Shown: positions 1 to 10,650, counted from the stretch's first letter. The stretch is 64,000 nucleotides of DNA from an uncultured Clostridium sp. (GCA_945949485.1 CAMFER010000004.1:1535-65534), one strand, 5' to 3'. Numbers and translations are program-made. The notes: generated by a model not told the origin, from the sequence alone.

Positions 1-592
1 GTTATAATCTCCATAATATGCAATCCATAATTGATATTTAGATGCTATATTTCTGTTAAATATATCTCTCGCTGTTGATAAATTACTATATACTATTACC
101 TCTTTATTAGTCAGTTGTTGTAATGTAGTTAAAAAAGCTTCTGCAATATTATTTACTTCCGTTCTTCCTACACCTCCAAACACTTCATAATCCATTACTA
201 ATTTACAGTCTGGTTCTTTTCCGTGAGATTACTGATGCAAAAAAGGTAGCTTCTTTTTTTGCTTGTTCTACAGTTGTTGCAGTAACATAGTGATAAAATC
301 CAACTTTTAATCCATTTGCTTTTGCATTTTTATAATTTGTTTCAAAATATGCATCTTTTATAGTTGTACCTTGACTAGCTTTGATATATACAACATCAAT
401 GCCTGCCGCTTTTACTTTAGCATAATCTATATATCCTTGCCAATTACTAACATCTATTCCATCATACATAGGTTCAGATATAGGAGTTATAGCATAACAC
501 ATAGTTGAGATTGATATCATTACTGTCATTACTATAAAAAATGATATTTTCTTAATATATTTATTCAATAAAAAAACCTCCATTTCATACAA
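1..592 (-). CDS. GH25-family lysozyme/muramidase, secreted; runs off the window start; the frame is continuous only if the C of in-frame CGG (221-223) is skipped
   Basis: ORF 203-592 has an N-terminal signal/TM, then the GH25 motifs DVSNWQGYIDY..GIDVVYIKASQG..FYHY. After ..ASVIS the zero frame gives RKRTRL-stop. The +1 frame gives GKEPDCKLVMDYEVFGGVGRTEVNN..YQLWIAYYGDYN, the expected GH25 continuation, down to base 1. Confidence 0.8.
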
Positions 593-628
593 ATATTAAT
601 ATATTATATGAAACAAAGGCTTTTTTAG

Positions 629-2965
629 TTATTTTTCGACACGATTTTCCGCATCATATTCTAAAACATTTATTGTTACAACATCTGTCTTAGAGAAATC
701 ATCATTTTCATCTTCAAATTCAACTATTTTAAATCTTGTTTTGTTTTTTAGTTTCAATTTTACACTCTCTAAATCAACTAATATATTTGTTGACAAATCT
801 TGTCCTGTTGGCAAAGTTTTATTTTTATTATCATAAAATACAATATTTGAAAATGAAATTGCATTGGTATTTTCTTTTAAATTAATCTTTAAAAAATTAA
901 TTTTTTCTTCTTTTTTATTTAATGCTTTTTCTATTTCTTTCTCAGGATTTATATTAAAAACATTTATTTTTTTTGCACTTAACTTATTTTCAGATGTTGC
1001 AATATATACAGAAATATCCTCAGGAATAATAACCTTCTTAATAGCTTTCTTAATATTTTCTATAACTTTTTCTAATGATAGTTTATATCCTATTTGTTTT
1101 GTATTTTTATTTAATTCTAATATACTAAATTTATCCCTTGCTATTTCTCTATGTGTCTTGTTTTTTATTTTAGAAGTTTTAGTTGTATCTTGGACCATAC
1201 CTCCAAAAATATCAAATTCCTCTTCTGTAATTACTTTTTCTTTTACTTGTTCTTTTTTCATCTCTTTAAGACTTGTTTCTATATCTTTAGGTAAAAATTC
1301 ATTAGTTTTTATTTTATTTAAAATATCAATCAAGTTTGTTGATGTTAAATATACACTATCTAATTCGTCTTTGCTAAGGACTTTTCTTTGCATTTTATCT
1401 ATAGTTTTTCCGAACTTTTCTAAATCTTCTTCGTAATCAAACACTTTTACGATTTTTTTAACCACATTAACTTCTTCTTCCTCACCTTCAGGTAATGTAG
1501 AAACTTCATCCTTGTTAGTATATTTCCAAAATTCAAATATACTCTTTTTATGACTATCAATTTCACTAATGTATAAAGATGCATTTTCTATTTTCTTTTG
1601 CATATTTTTCTTTTTTAGTTTTAAAGCATTTATGTCCATTACTAAATTTTTTAATTCTTTTTCTTTGTCAGAAAGTTCCTTGTATAGTTCAATTAATTCT
1701 TCAACTGTATATTTATTCTTTTTCTTATTTTCTTCTTTAAATGACTTTACTTTAAGTATTTTTATTTTTTTGTTTTTATCTTCTTCTGTTTGAATTTCTT
1801 TTTCAATTTTTAACTTTTTATTTTTTATTTTGTTATTATTAGATTTCTTGCTATACTTAAAATAATATTTAAACTTTCCAAAAAAGCTCTTTTTGCACTC
1901 TAAAAATGTAGTTATTTGTTTTTCCTTAGCTAGATATTCTATATCTAATAAAGCTACTTCTGATTTTAGGTTTTCTAATTTTTTAGAATTTTCTTCTATT
2001 AATTTATCTGTTTCTAAAATCTTTTCTTCTCCCATTTTATACTCTTCAGTAAGCCACTTTGGTATATCTGCAAAATTAATTTTTCTAGAGTCAATATAAA
2101 ATTCAATTTCTCCAGACTTTCCTATATTAGTCTTAAATTCAAAATAACTTGGCAATTCAGTTTGAAGAATAAACATAGCTTTTAGTAATTTATAGAAATT
2201 TTTACTTTTCTCTTTAGAATCTAATATTATTCTATACTGACTTTTTATTTTATCATAAACTTTAGTTTCTCCGACAATATATATACTAAGTTCTCCGTCT
2301 TTATCATAAACTTCATAAATTAATGGCCAATCTTTTGTAAATAACCACATATAGTTTTCTATATCTTCAAATTCTGACTTTTCTAAATATTTATTACTAT
2401 ACTCAACATTTCTTATTGGAACAAAAACTTTTCCACTTCTTTTACTTTCTAATTTCTTTTTTAATAAAAAGAAAAATGTTGAATAATCAGAATCCTTTGT
2501 TGGAACCATCATAAAATATTTGTCCGTGGTCTCAGAATAATATATCTGCCATAAATAATTACCTTCATATTTAACTTTAAAAGGGATCTTTTTGTTTAAT
2601 TTATTTTGTTCTTCTTTAACTTTTTCCACATCATCTATATTAAATCTTCTTAACATATCTAAAAAAGTAGTAAATTTCAACAAATTTTCTTCATTATCTT
2701 TATCTAAATATTCACTTATTGGACTAGCATTTTTGTATTTGGCTTCTATTTCATCTAATCTAGTCATTGGTGTTAATAATATTTCAATATCCTTGATTGG
2801 CACATATCTATATTGTTTATATTGCATTTCATCATAAAATTTTGGAATCCTAAATTCTAAAGGTTTAAAATTCATTAATTCTTTTGGGATATTATCTAAA
2901 TCTAATCCTAAATATTCCAATTTATCTTTTATATCTTTGCTTTTTCCTATTGTACTTTTTGCCAA
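629..2965 (-). CDS. Hypothetical 778-aa Lys/Glu-rich protein with a long predicted coiled-coil centre
   Basis: Long uninterrupted ORF. It has a globular-looking N-terminal ~200 aa, a K/E-rich repeat-like middle and a C-terminal domain. I recognise no catalytic motif. Confidence 0.55.
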   Translation of the reverse strand: MAKSTIGKSKDIKDKLEYLGLDLDNIPKELMNFKPLEFRIPKFYDEMQYKQYRYVPIKDIEILLTPMTRLDEIEAKYKNASPISEYLDKDNEENLLKFTTFLDMLRRFNIDDVEKVKEEQNKLNKKIPFKVKYEGNYLWQIYYSETTDKYFMMVPTKDSDYSTFFFLLKKKLESKRSGKVFVPIRNVEYSNKYLEKSEFEDIENYMWLFTKDWPLIYEVYDKDGELSIYIVGETKVYDKIKSQYRIILDSKEKSKNFYKLLKAMFILQTELPSYFEFKTNIGKSGEIEFYIDSRKINFADIPKWLTEEYKMGEEKILETDKLIEENSKKLENLKSEVALLDIEYLAKEKQITTFLECKKSFFGKFKYYFKYSKKSNNNKIKNKKLKIEKEIQTEEDKNKKIKILKVKSFKEENKKKNKYTVEELIELYKELSDKEKELKNLVMDINALKLKKKNMQKKIENASLYISEIDSHKKSIFEFWKYTNKDEVSTLPEGEEEEVNVVKKIVKVFDYEEDLEKFGKTIDKMQRKVLSKDELDSVYLTSTNLIDILNKIKTNEFLPKDIETSLKEMKKEQVKEKVITEEEFDIFGGMVQDTTKTSKIKNKTHREIARDKFSILELNKNTKQIGYKLSLEKVIENIKKAIKKVIIPEDISVYIATSENKLSAKKINVFNINPEKEIEKALNKKEEKINFLKINLKENTNAISFSNIVFYDNKNKTLPTGQDLSTNILVDLESVKLKLKNKTRFKIVEFEDENDDFSKTDVVTINVLEYDAENRVEK

Positions 2966-3027
2966 TTTTTTCTCCCCCTTGTCTTTTTCGTTTATATGTT
3001 GTCACTTTAATAATGTAACTTTAGATT

Positions 3028-3969
3028 TTATTTAATAACATCATAAAAACTTTTAAATTCATATCCTTGTTCTCTTAGATATGATATTATTTGTGGCAAT
3101 GCTTCAGATGTAACTTGCTTTACTGGTGCATCATGCATTAATATGACTACACTATTTTTTCCCTCTGTTGTATTTTTTAATCTTTCTAATTCAAACTCTA
3201 TTGATAGATTATTAGTTTCTCCATCGCCATTTAAAGCATTCCAATCAACATTTACAACATTATTTTGGTTTAATAGTTCTTTCGCTGCTAATTTAGTATC
3301 AGCATACTTTCCTCCAGCTAATCCTCCTGGGAACCTAAACAAATGAGATTCATAATCTTGCTCTCCAATTGCATTTCTCACTGCATTATTACATTTTGTA
3401 TATTCATCTAAAACACTTTCTGGAGAAGCATATATATTTTCATATACATGGCTATATCCATGATTAGCAATAAAATGCCCCTCATCATACATCCTTTTTA
3501 CCATAGAAGGCATAGCTTCTACTCTAGAGCCTAACACAAAAAATGTAGCCTTAATATTTTCATTTTTCAAAATATCTAATATTGTTGGTGTAACACTAGA
3601 AGGTCCATCATCAAAAGTTAAAAAGGCTCTTTTTGTATCAGAATGATATATATTTTTTATGTTTTCTTTTCCGACATCAGTTAATTTTGGAAGTCTTTCT
3701 TGCCTAATTCTCTCTTTTTCCTCTTTTTCCTCTTCTTCTTTTCTTGCTTTTTCTTCCTGTTCTTGTACTATTTGTATAGCTTGTGCTTCATACTGTTTAA
3801 AAACTCTATAATTCTTATATATATTGATAATATGTAAAATGATTAAAATCATAAGAAGTACTGCAACTAATGATAATATAACTATTAGTACTTTGATTTT
3901 ATTTAGTTTTTTACTTGTATCTACTTTATAAATATCTAATTGCTTATTTTCTTGCACCATTTTTAACAT
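3028..3969 (-). CDS. Membrane-anchored polysaccharide/peptidoglycan deacetylase (NodB homology domain)
   Basis: N-terminal TM helix, then FLTFDDGPS..TPTILDILK..KATFFVLG..HFIANHGYSH, which are typical NodB motifs. Confidence 0.85.
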   Translation of the reverse strand: MLKMVQENKQLDIYKVDTSKKLNKIKVLIVILSLVAVLLMILIILHIINIYKNYRVFKQYEAQAIQIVQEQEEKARKEEEEKEEKERIRQERLPKLTDVGKENIKNIYHSDTKRAFLTFDDGPSSVTPTILDILKNENIKATFFVLGSRVEAMPSMVKRMYDEGHFIANHGYSHVYENIYASPESVLDEYTKCNNAVRNAIGEQDYESHLFRFPGGLAGGKYADTKLAAKELLNQNNVVNVDWNALNGDGETNNLSIEFELERLKNTTEGKNSVVILMHDAPVKQVTSEALPQIISYLREQGYEFKSFYDVIK

Positions 3970-4173
3970 CCTTTATGATATATTTTTCGAAACTATTATA
4001 TACTATTTTTCGACTTTTTAATAGTAGTTTTTATAAAAAATTACTTAATTAATTCTTAATTATTATTATACTTATAAATAATAAATAGGAATACCAATTT
4101 TGTAGCTAGTATTCCTATTATTTCATATTACAAATATTTTTAATGTAAATTTCTCAGCCAATTTAAATTTATT

Positions 4174-5757
4174 TTATCTTTTCATCATATTCTTAATATA
4201 CTCAACTTCTTCATCTTGTTTCAATCTCATAAAAATTGGATTTCCTTTTTCAATCACTTTAATATCTTCTAGTAAATTATATTCTTTTAAATTTTTCCAA
4301 TTTTTCATATCTTCATTTTCAATTCCAAGTTGCCTTAAAATATTTTCTGCAGTATCATTTATAAATGGTTTTACTAAAATAGCAATCTTTCTTAAATTCT
4401 CGACCAAATGGTACATACAAGATTTTAATTTCTCTGTTTCTTCATTTTTAGCAAGTTCCCATGGCATAGTTTCATCTATATATTTATTTGTTCTAGAAAC
4501 TAAATTCCAAATCTCTTGAAGAGCATTAGCAATTTCATACTCATCCAACTTATCTTCAAATTTTTGAATTTGTTCTAATGCATATTCTTCTAATTCACGA
4601 TCAACAGAATTTGGAGTACCTACATAATTTGGTACCACACCTCCAAAGTATTTATTTACCATTGATACAGTTCTATTTAATAAATTACTTAAATCATTAC
4701 ATAAATCAAAATTATATCTCTCAACAAAATTCTCTGGTAAAAATAATCCATCTTGATTTACTGGTAATTCACGTAATAAAAAGTATCTAACTGGATCTAA
4801 ACCATATCTTTCAATTAATTGTTCTGGATAAATAACATTTCCTTTAGATTTACTCATTTTTCCATCTTTCATCATAAACCAATTATGAACTAAGATAGTT
4901 TTAGGTAAAGGTAAATCTAAAGCCATCAAAAATATTGGCCAATATATTAAATGAAATCTTGCAATATCTTTACCTACTATTTGTAAGTCAGCAGGCCAGT
5001 ATTTTTTAAATAAACTATCATCAGAAGATAAATATCCTAAAGCTGTTAAATAATTTGTTAAAGCATCTACCCATACATATATAACATGTTTTGGATCTTT
5101 TAAAACTTTAATCCCCCAATCAAAAGATGTTCTAGACACACATAAATCTTCTAATCCTGGTTTGATAAAATTATTAATCATTTCATTTTTTCTATATGCC
5201 GGTTTTATAAAATCTGGATGAGTTCCATAATATTGTATTAATCTATCAGCATATTTTTTCATATTAAAAAAATAAGCTTCTTCTTTCATAAGTTTTACTT
5301 CTCTACCACAATCAGGACATTTTCCATCAACTAATTGAGTCTTTGTAAAATATGTTTCACAAGGTACACAATACCATCCTTCATATTCACCTTTATAAAT
5401 ATCACCTTTTTCCATGAACATATCAAATATCTTTTGAGCTATTTTTTCATGTCTTTCTTCAGTTGTCTGTATAAAATCATCATAATCTATCTCCATCTTT
5501 TTCCATAACTCTTTTGCAGCAGCAGCCATTTCATCAACATATGCTTTAGGTTCTTTTCCTAAACTTTCTGCTTTTTCTTGAATTTTTTGTCCATGCTCAT
5601 CAGTTCCAGTTAACATATATGTATCTTCACCTTTAAGTTTATGATATCTTTTCAAACTATCTGCAAGTACCGTTGTATATGCTGTTCCTATATGAAACTT
5701 TCCACTTGGATAATATATAGGTGTTGTAACATAAAATTTATCACTCATATCTTTCAC
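4174..5757 (-). CDS. metG: Methionine--tRNA ligase (short form)
   Basis: The HIGH-type motif (YYPSGKFHIGTAYT), the CxxC..CPDC zinc knuckle and KMSKSKGN are all present. Confidence 0.95.
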   Translation of the reverse strand: MKDMSDKFYVTTPIYYPSGKFHIGTAYTTVLADSLKRYHKLKGEDTYMLTGTDEHGQKIQEKAESLGKEPKAYVDEMAAAAKELWKKMEIDYDDFIQTTEERHEKIAQKIFDMFMEKGDIYKGEYEGWYCVPCETYFTKTQLVDGKCPDCGREVKLMKEEAYFFNMKKYADRLIQYYGTHPDFIKPAYRKNEMINNFIKPGLEDLCVSRTSFDWGIKVLKDPKHVIYVWVDALTNYLTALGYLSSDDSLFKKYWPADLQIVGKDIARFHLIYWPIFLMALDLPLPKTILVHNWFMMKDGKMSKSKGNVIYPEQLIERYGLDPVRYFLLRELPVNQDGLFLPENFVERYNFDLCNDLSNLLNRTVSMVNKYFGGVVPNYVGTPNSVDRELEEYALEQIQKFEDKLDEYEIANALQEIWNLVSRTNKYIDETMPWELAKNEETEKLKSCMYHLVENLRKIAILVKPFINDTAENILRQLGIENEDMKNWKNLKEYNLLEDIKVIEKGNPIFMRLKQDEEVEYIKNMMKR

Positions 5758-5951
5758 TCCTTCGCATTTTGGGACAGGTCCCTTTGAGACATTTTATCCA
5801 CTTAGGGACATATCTCTTTTTCATAAGTTATATATTATCACATTTTAAATTTATTGTCTACATAAATACATTAAAATATTATTTGTAAAAAAATATGTAA
5901 CTATATTATTTAATAATTATAGCTACATATCTTCATAATTAATTTTTTATA

Positions 5952-8684
5952 TTACATTTCATCTTTTACTGTATTTATTTTCAAAGCTTTAAATATTTCC
6001 ACTATAACAACTGGAGCTATTGCCAAGACTACTAATTCTAATATATTCTCTAGTGGCAATATTGGTATACTAAATACTTGTCTTAAAAATGGTACTGCTA
6101 AAATTATTATCATTAATAGTGCTGACGCAAGAGTTGCTAAAATTAAATTTCTATTTTTACCTATTCCTGTCTTAAATATTGATTTTTTATTATTTCTTAT
6201 ATTATATACATGTACTAATTCTGAAAATGCTAATGTTACAAAAGCCATTGTTTGCCCAACTTCTATTTTTGTTTCGTCAAGTGTTAAACCATCTATTGGT
6301 TCTGTAGTTGTAGCAAGCCCTATCATAAATGCTATTAATGTAAGAATTCCTATCATAATTCCTTGATACACAACTCTCCATGTCATTCCTTTTGTAAATA
6401 CACCCTCACTTGGTTTATTTGGCTTTCTTTTCATTATGTCTGAATTTGCTGGGTCAAAGGCTAATGCTAATGCAGGTAATGAATCTGTTACAAGATTAAT
6501 CCATAAAATATGAATTGGTAATAATATTTCTAAATGTGATATATCTGTTATTCCAAACCAATTAGCAAATAGCGGAGTAGATAATGTTGCAATAAATAAT
6601 ACTACTATTTCACCTATATTACTTGATAATAAGAATTGTATTGCTTTCAAAATATTATCATATATTCTTCTTCCTTCTTCTACTGCAGATACTATTGTTG
6701 CAAAATTATCATCTGTCAATATTACATCTGCCGCTTCTTTAGCAACATCTGTTCCAACCACTCCCATAGCACATCCTATATCTGATGTTTTAAGAGCTGG
6801 ACTATCATTTACGCCATCACCTGTCATTGCAACTATCTCACCATTTTTTTGCCATGCTTTTACAATTCTAACTTTATGTTCAGGTGAAACTCTCGCATAT
6901 ACAGAATAATGTCTAACATTTTTTTCTAAGTCTTCATCAGACATTTTTTCTAGTTCATGTCCTGTTATAGCCTCATCTTCATTTTCTAATATTCCTAATT
7001 TCTTAGCTATTGCTGTTGCAGTAATTTTATGATCTCCTGTTATCATTACAGTCTTAATTCCTGCTGTTTTACATTTTTCCACTGCTTTTTTTGCTTCTTC
7101 TCTTGGTGGATCTATCATTCCAACCATACCTATAAATGTTAAATTTTCTTCTAATGTTTCTATGTCTTTATCTTCAGGTTTATGGTCTAGTTCTTTATAT
7201 CCACACACTAATACTCTTAATGCTTCTTTTGCCATATCTTCATTATGTTTTTTTATAACAGGAATATAGTTCTCTAAATTATTTTTTATATCTCCATTTT
7301 CTAAATATGAATTACATCTATTTAATAATTCATCTACTCCACCTTTAGTAAATACTATATATTTTCCATTTATCTCATTCACTGTTGTCATTAATTTTCT
7401 ATCCGAATCAAAAGGAATTTCTTGTAATCTTGGCATTTTTTCATATACTGATTTATCAAATTTTAACTTAAAAGCCATATCTACTAAAGCTGTTTCTGTT
7501 GGGTCTCCTGTAAGAGTTCCATCATTAGCAATTTTAGTATCATTACATAGCATATTTGCATAAACTAATTTATTAACATCTTCATCGACATTTACATTTT
7601 CTAAGTCTTCTGTTTTAGAATTTATAAAGATTTTTTCTACTGTCATTTTATTTTGAGTTAATGTTCCTGTTTTATCAGAACAAATTACAGTTGCACTTCC
7701 TAATGTTTCTACTGCTGGTAATTTCTTTACAATTGCATTTTTCTTTACCATCTTTTGAACACCAATTGCTAAAACAATTGTAGATACCGCAACTAATCCT
7801 TCTGGTATTGCTGCAACTGCTAATGATACAGCTGTCATAAACATATCTATTACTGCTTTTCCTTGTAGTAGACCAACTGCAAAAATCACTATACAAATTA
7901 CTATTGCTGCTATTCCTAATGTTTTTCCTAACTTGTTTAGCTTATTTTGAAGAGGTGTTGTTTGGTCTTCTGCTTGATTAATCATTCCTGCAATTTTTCC
8001 AACTTCTGTTGTCATTCCCGTTTCTACAACTATACCTTTTCCTCTACCATAAGTAACTAAACTAGAAGAAAATAGCATATTTAATCTATCACCTAGTCCT
8101 GTTTCTATATCATCTATCTTTTCAGTATTTTTTTCTACTGGAACTGACTCTCCTGTTAATGAAGATTCCTGTGATTTTAAATTCACTGCTTCTATTATTC
8201 TTAAGTCTGCTGGAATATAATCTCCTGTATCTAATACTACAATATCTCCTGGTACTAAGTCTTTTGCAGGAACTACTTCTAATTTTCCATTTCTTATAAC
8301 TTTAGATGCATGTGCTGTTAACTTTTGTAATGCTTCTAATGATTTTTCAGCTTTAGATTCTTGAGTAACACCAATTATAGCATTAAGTAATACTACCAAT
8401 AAAATTATAACAGTGTCTGTTACCCCCTCACCTTCTGCTACTCCAACTATTCCAGATACAATAGCAGCAATTATTAGAATAATGATTGAAAAATCTTTGA
8501 ATTGATCTAAAAATTTCTGCAATAAAGATTTCTTTTTCTTTGCTTCCAGTTCATTAAGTCCATATTTCTCTCTTCTTTTCTCAATCTCTTCATTTGATAA
8601 TCCTTTATCAGAAGTCGTATTTAATTCTTCTTCAACTTCTTCAATAGTCTTATTAAACCAACTTTTGTTTTCCAATTTTTCCAA
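5952..8684 (-). CDS. P-type cation-transporting ATPase (Ca2+/Mn2+ P2-type)
   Basis: Contains TGES, the phosphorylation motif CSDKTGTLTQNKMTV, MITGDH, TGDGVNDSPALK and about 10 TM segments. Confidence 0.9.
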   Translation of the reverse strand: MEKLENKSWFNKTIEEVEEELNTTSDKGLSNEEIEKRREKYGLNELEAKKKKSLLQKFLDQFKDFSIIILIIAAIVSGIVGVAEGEGVTDTVIILLVVLLNAIIGVTQESKAEKSLEALQKLTAHASKVIRNGKLEVVPAKDLVPGDIVVLDTGDYIPADLRIIEAVNLKSQESSLTGESVPVEKNTEKIDDIETGLGDRLNMLFSSSLVTYGRGKGIVVETGMTTEVGKIAGMINQAEDQTTPLQNKLNKLGKTLGIAAIVICIVIFAVGLLQGKAVIDMFMTAVSLAVAAIPEGLVAVSTIVLAIGVQKMVKKNAIVKKLPAVETLGSATVICSDKTGTLTQNKMTVEKIFINSKTEDLENVNVDEDVNKLVYANMLCNDTKIANDGTLTGDPTETALVDMAFKLKFDKSVYEKMPRLQEIPFDSDRKLMTTVNEINGKYIVFTKGGVDELLNRCNSYLENGDIKNNLENYIPVIKKHNEDMAKEALRVLVCGYKELDHKPEDKDIETLEENLTFIGMVGMIDPPREEAKKAVEKCKTAGIKTVMITGDHKITATAIAKKLGILENEDEAITGHELEKMSDEDLEKNVRHYSVYARVSPEHKVRIVKAWQKNGEIVAMTGDGVNDSPALKTSDIGCAMGVVGTDVAKEAADVILTDDNFATIVSAVEEGRRIYDNILKAIQFLLSSNIGEIVVLFIATLSTPLFANWFGITDISHLEILLPIHILWINLVTDSLPALALAFDPANSDIMKRKPNKPSEGVFTKGMTWRVVYQGIMIGILTLIAFMIGLATTTEPIDGLTLDETKIEVGQTMAFVTLAFSELVHVYNIRNNKKSIFKTGIGKNRNLILATLASALLMIIILAVPFLRQVFSIPILPLENILELVVLAIAPVVIVEIFKALKINTVKDEM

Positions 8685-8740
8685 CTCCTTTGTTTCTTTT
8701 TCATATTATTTCCAATTTTTTAAAATATATAAATATTAAA

Positions 8741-8866
8741 GCAAAAAGACTTCTAAAAGGAAAATGTTGTTTCCTTTTAAAAGTCTTGCTTACTAAAACT
8801 TAGCTTACTAACCAGGATAAAATCTCCGCGACTGTTGATTAGTAATTTATAGCTACTCCCTTTTAA
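8741..8866 (-). promoter_or_regulatory. yybP-ykoY (Mn2+) riboswitch with an overlapping intrinsic terminator, leader of the P-type ATPase
   Basis: Minus strand reads AAAAGGGAGUAGC..CAACAGUCGCGGAG..UUUUAGUAAGCAAGACUUUU. This carries the conserved GGGAGUAGC and AGCAAGAC boxes, closed by AAAAG/CUUUU (P1). The 3' P1 strand is re-used in an 18-bp terminator stem, AAGACUUUUAAAAGGAAA / UUUCCUUUUAGAAGUCUU, followed by UUUUU. Confidence 0.75.
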
Positions 8867-8881
8867 TATATATTTTAAATT

Positions 8882-8956
8882 TGGTGACCCGTACGGGAAT
8901 CGAACCCATGATTCCACCTTGAGAGGGTGGCGTCTTAGCCGCTTGACCAACGGGCC
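8882..8956 (-). tRNA. tRNA-Glu(CUC)
   Basis: Cloverleaf GGCCCGU..GGUCAAGCGGCUAAGAC..CCACC-CUCUCAA-GGUGG..GGGUUCGAUUCCC..ACGGGUCACCA with a 7-nt anticodon loop. Confidence 0.9.
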
Positions 8957-9009
8957 TTAAATAACTTACTCGTTATTTATATCATTTTTTCAACGTTTAG
9001 TCAAGCGAT

Positions 9010-9423
9010 TTAACCTATTTTTACCTTATTTAAAATTTCTTTTAATCTTTTATTGTTTTTAGTAAGATATAGATATCCTATCAAGGCTTCAAACGCTGTA
9101 GAATACATATATTCTTGCACATTTGAATTTTTAGGCAAATGATGATTCTCGGTATTTCTTCCTCTTCTTACTATATCTTTTTCTTCTTCAGTAAGTTCCT
9201 CATAAATATTTTGTAAGATCTCTGCTTGTGCTTTAGCTTTTACATATTTTATTGATTCTATATGTAATTTATGTGGTTTTAAATTTGTCTTATTTATTAA
9301 TTCAGTCCTTATGTATAATTCATATACGCAGTCTCCAATATATGCCCATGTAAGTGGAGATAATAAATTAACATCATTTTCGTCTCTTGTAATGCTTATA
9401 AACTCATCCATTCCTATTTGCAC
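9010..9423 (-). CDS. mrnC: Mini-ribonuclease III
   Basis: LTWAYIGDCVYELYIR..AKAQAEIL..RGRN..STAFEALIGYLYL. Size and motifs are typical of Mini-III. Confidence 0.8.
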   Translation of the reverse strand: MQIGMDEFISITRDENDVNLLSPLTWAYIGDCVYELYIRTELINKTNLKPHKLHIESIKYVKAKAQAEILQNIYEELTEEEKDIVRRGRNTENHHLPKNSNVQEYMYSTAFEALIGYLYLTKNNKRLKEILNKVKIG

Positions 9424-10341
9424 CTTTCCAATGTTATTCTTCCAATTTTTCCATTTTTAAATTCATCTAAGATAATTCTTGCAGTTTTTTCTTCATCTAT
9501 CTGTCCACCAGAAATTATTGCTCCCCTTTTTCTTCCTATTTCTAGCATTATTTCATATATATTTTCATTTTCGGGTCTATCCATTTGCAATATTTCTTGT
9601 ATAAAGCTATCTTCTATTTTATATCTCTCACAAAGTTTTTTTCTATAATTTTCTATTAAAAACTTCACTAATTGATATGCAATTTCAGTCCTTTGCAAGA
9701 TATCTTCTTTTATGCTTCCAGTAAATGCTAAATTAAGGGCTACTTCTTCACTTTCAAATTTTGGCCATAACACCCCTGGTGTATCTAATAATTCTATTTT
9801 GTCATTTATTCTTATCCATTGTTTTTGTTTAGTTACACCTGGTTTATTTCCAACTCCTGCAGTACTTCTTTTTGAAATACGATTAATAAAAGAAGATTTT
9901 CCTACATTTGGTATTCCGTAAAATCATTGCTCTAATTTTTCTTCCTATTCTTCCTTTATTTGCTTGAATATTTAATGTTTCTTCCATAATCTCTTCAATT
10001 TTCTTAATACAATTTTCTATTCCTTTACCTGTATTAGAATCTGTTAAAACTGCTGGAATTCCTTTGTTTTCAAAGCATTCTACCCATTTTCTGTTTTCCA
10101 TTTCATCTGCCAAATCACATTTATTTAATACTATTAATTTCTTTTTTCCTTTTGTAATGTTCATAATATCTGGATTTTGACTAGCATTTGGTATTCTTGC
10201 GTCTAATAAAATTATTGCTATATCTATGAATTTTACATCTTCTGTTATTTGTCTTCTGGTTTTAGCCATATGACCTGGGTACCAGTTAATAACGACTTTT
10301 GAAAAACTTTCTTGCTTTTTATTATTCATATTTTTTTCCAT
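9414..10341 (-). CDS. rbgA: Ribosome biogenesis GTPase A (YlqF/RbgA); needs a +1 shift at in-frame CGG 9916-9918
   Basis: N-terminus is INWYPGHMAK..DARIP..LNKCDL. At ATG ATT TTA C GGA ATA CCA AAT GTA GGA AAA TCT, the G1 motif ILGIPNVGKSS and the rest (..LLDTPGVLWPKFE..) are in the +1 frame. Confidence 0.85.
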
Positions 10342-10420
10342 AAAAAATCATTCCTTCTTTAATTTATACCAATATAAATTACATTTTAATCAACATTTTT
10401 TCAAACAACATTATATCACA

Positions 10421-10650
10421 TTATTCCTTATTTATAAAGTCTAGTGACTCAAAATATTTATATTCGCATTTAAATATAATTTTAATATTACTATTATTAT
10501 CTATTACAATATCTTCTATTAGTTCATTTATCAACTTTTTATCAAGTTTTTCTGTATTTTTTAATGACTTTATTTTCTCAATCCATTCCATATTATTTTC
10601 TGCATCACTATTTTTTTTATTTGATCTATCTTTTAATTCTTTTTGAATTT
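10421..10650 (-). pseudogene. Remnant of the C-terminus of a large serine recombinase (DUF4368-like tail)
   Basis: Translation ..NMEWIEKIKSLKNTEKLDKKLINELIEDIVIDNNSNIKIIFKCEYKYFESLDFINKE-stop resembles the C-terminal tail of clostridial TndX-type recombinases. There is no catalytic domain upstream. Confidence 0.4.

Noticed and set aside
1-592. GH25 lysozyme as evidence of a prophage at the window start.
   Set aside because: It has a signal peptide and no holin, tail or capsid genes are visible. The neighbours are housekeeping or cell-wall genes.
864-2837. Plus-strand ORFs (864-1436, 1569-1793, 1893-2099, 2592-2837). The track also lists many similar ORFs antisense to large genes elsewhere, for example 14461-14721, 15646-15971, 57095-57502 and 63380-63910.
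   Set aside because: These are low-complexity F/S/L/I-rich translations lying entirely antisense to well-supported minus-strand genes. They are typical shadow ORFs of AT-rich DNA.
5758-5951. Possible T-box or attenuator upstream of metG.
   Set aside because: There is no T-box sequence and no specifier architecture. I see only a short GTCCCT..AGGGAC hairpin with a competing GTCCC just before the RBS, which is too little to call.
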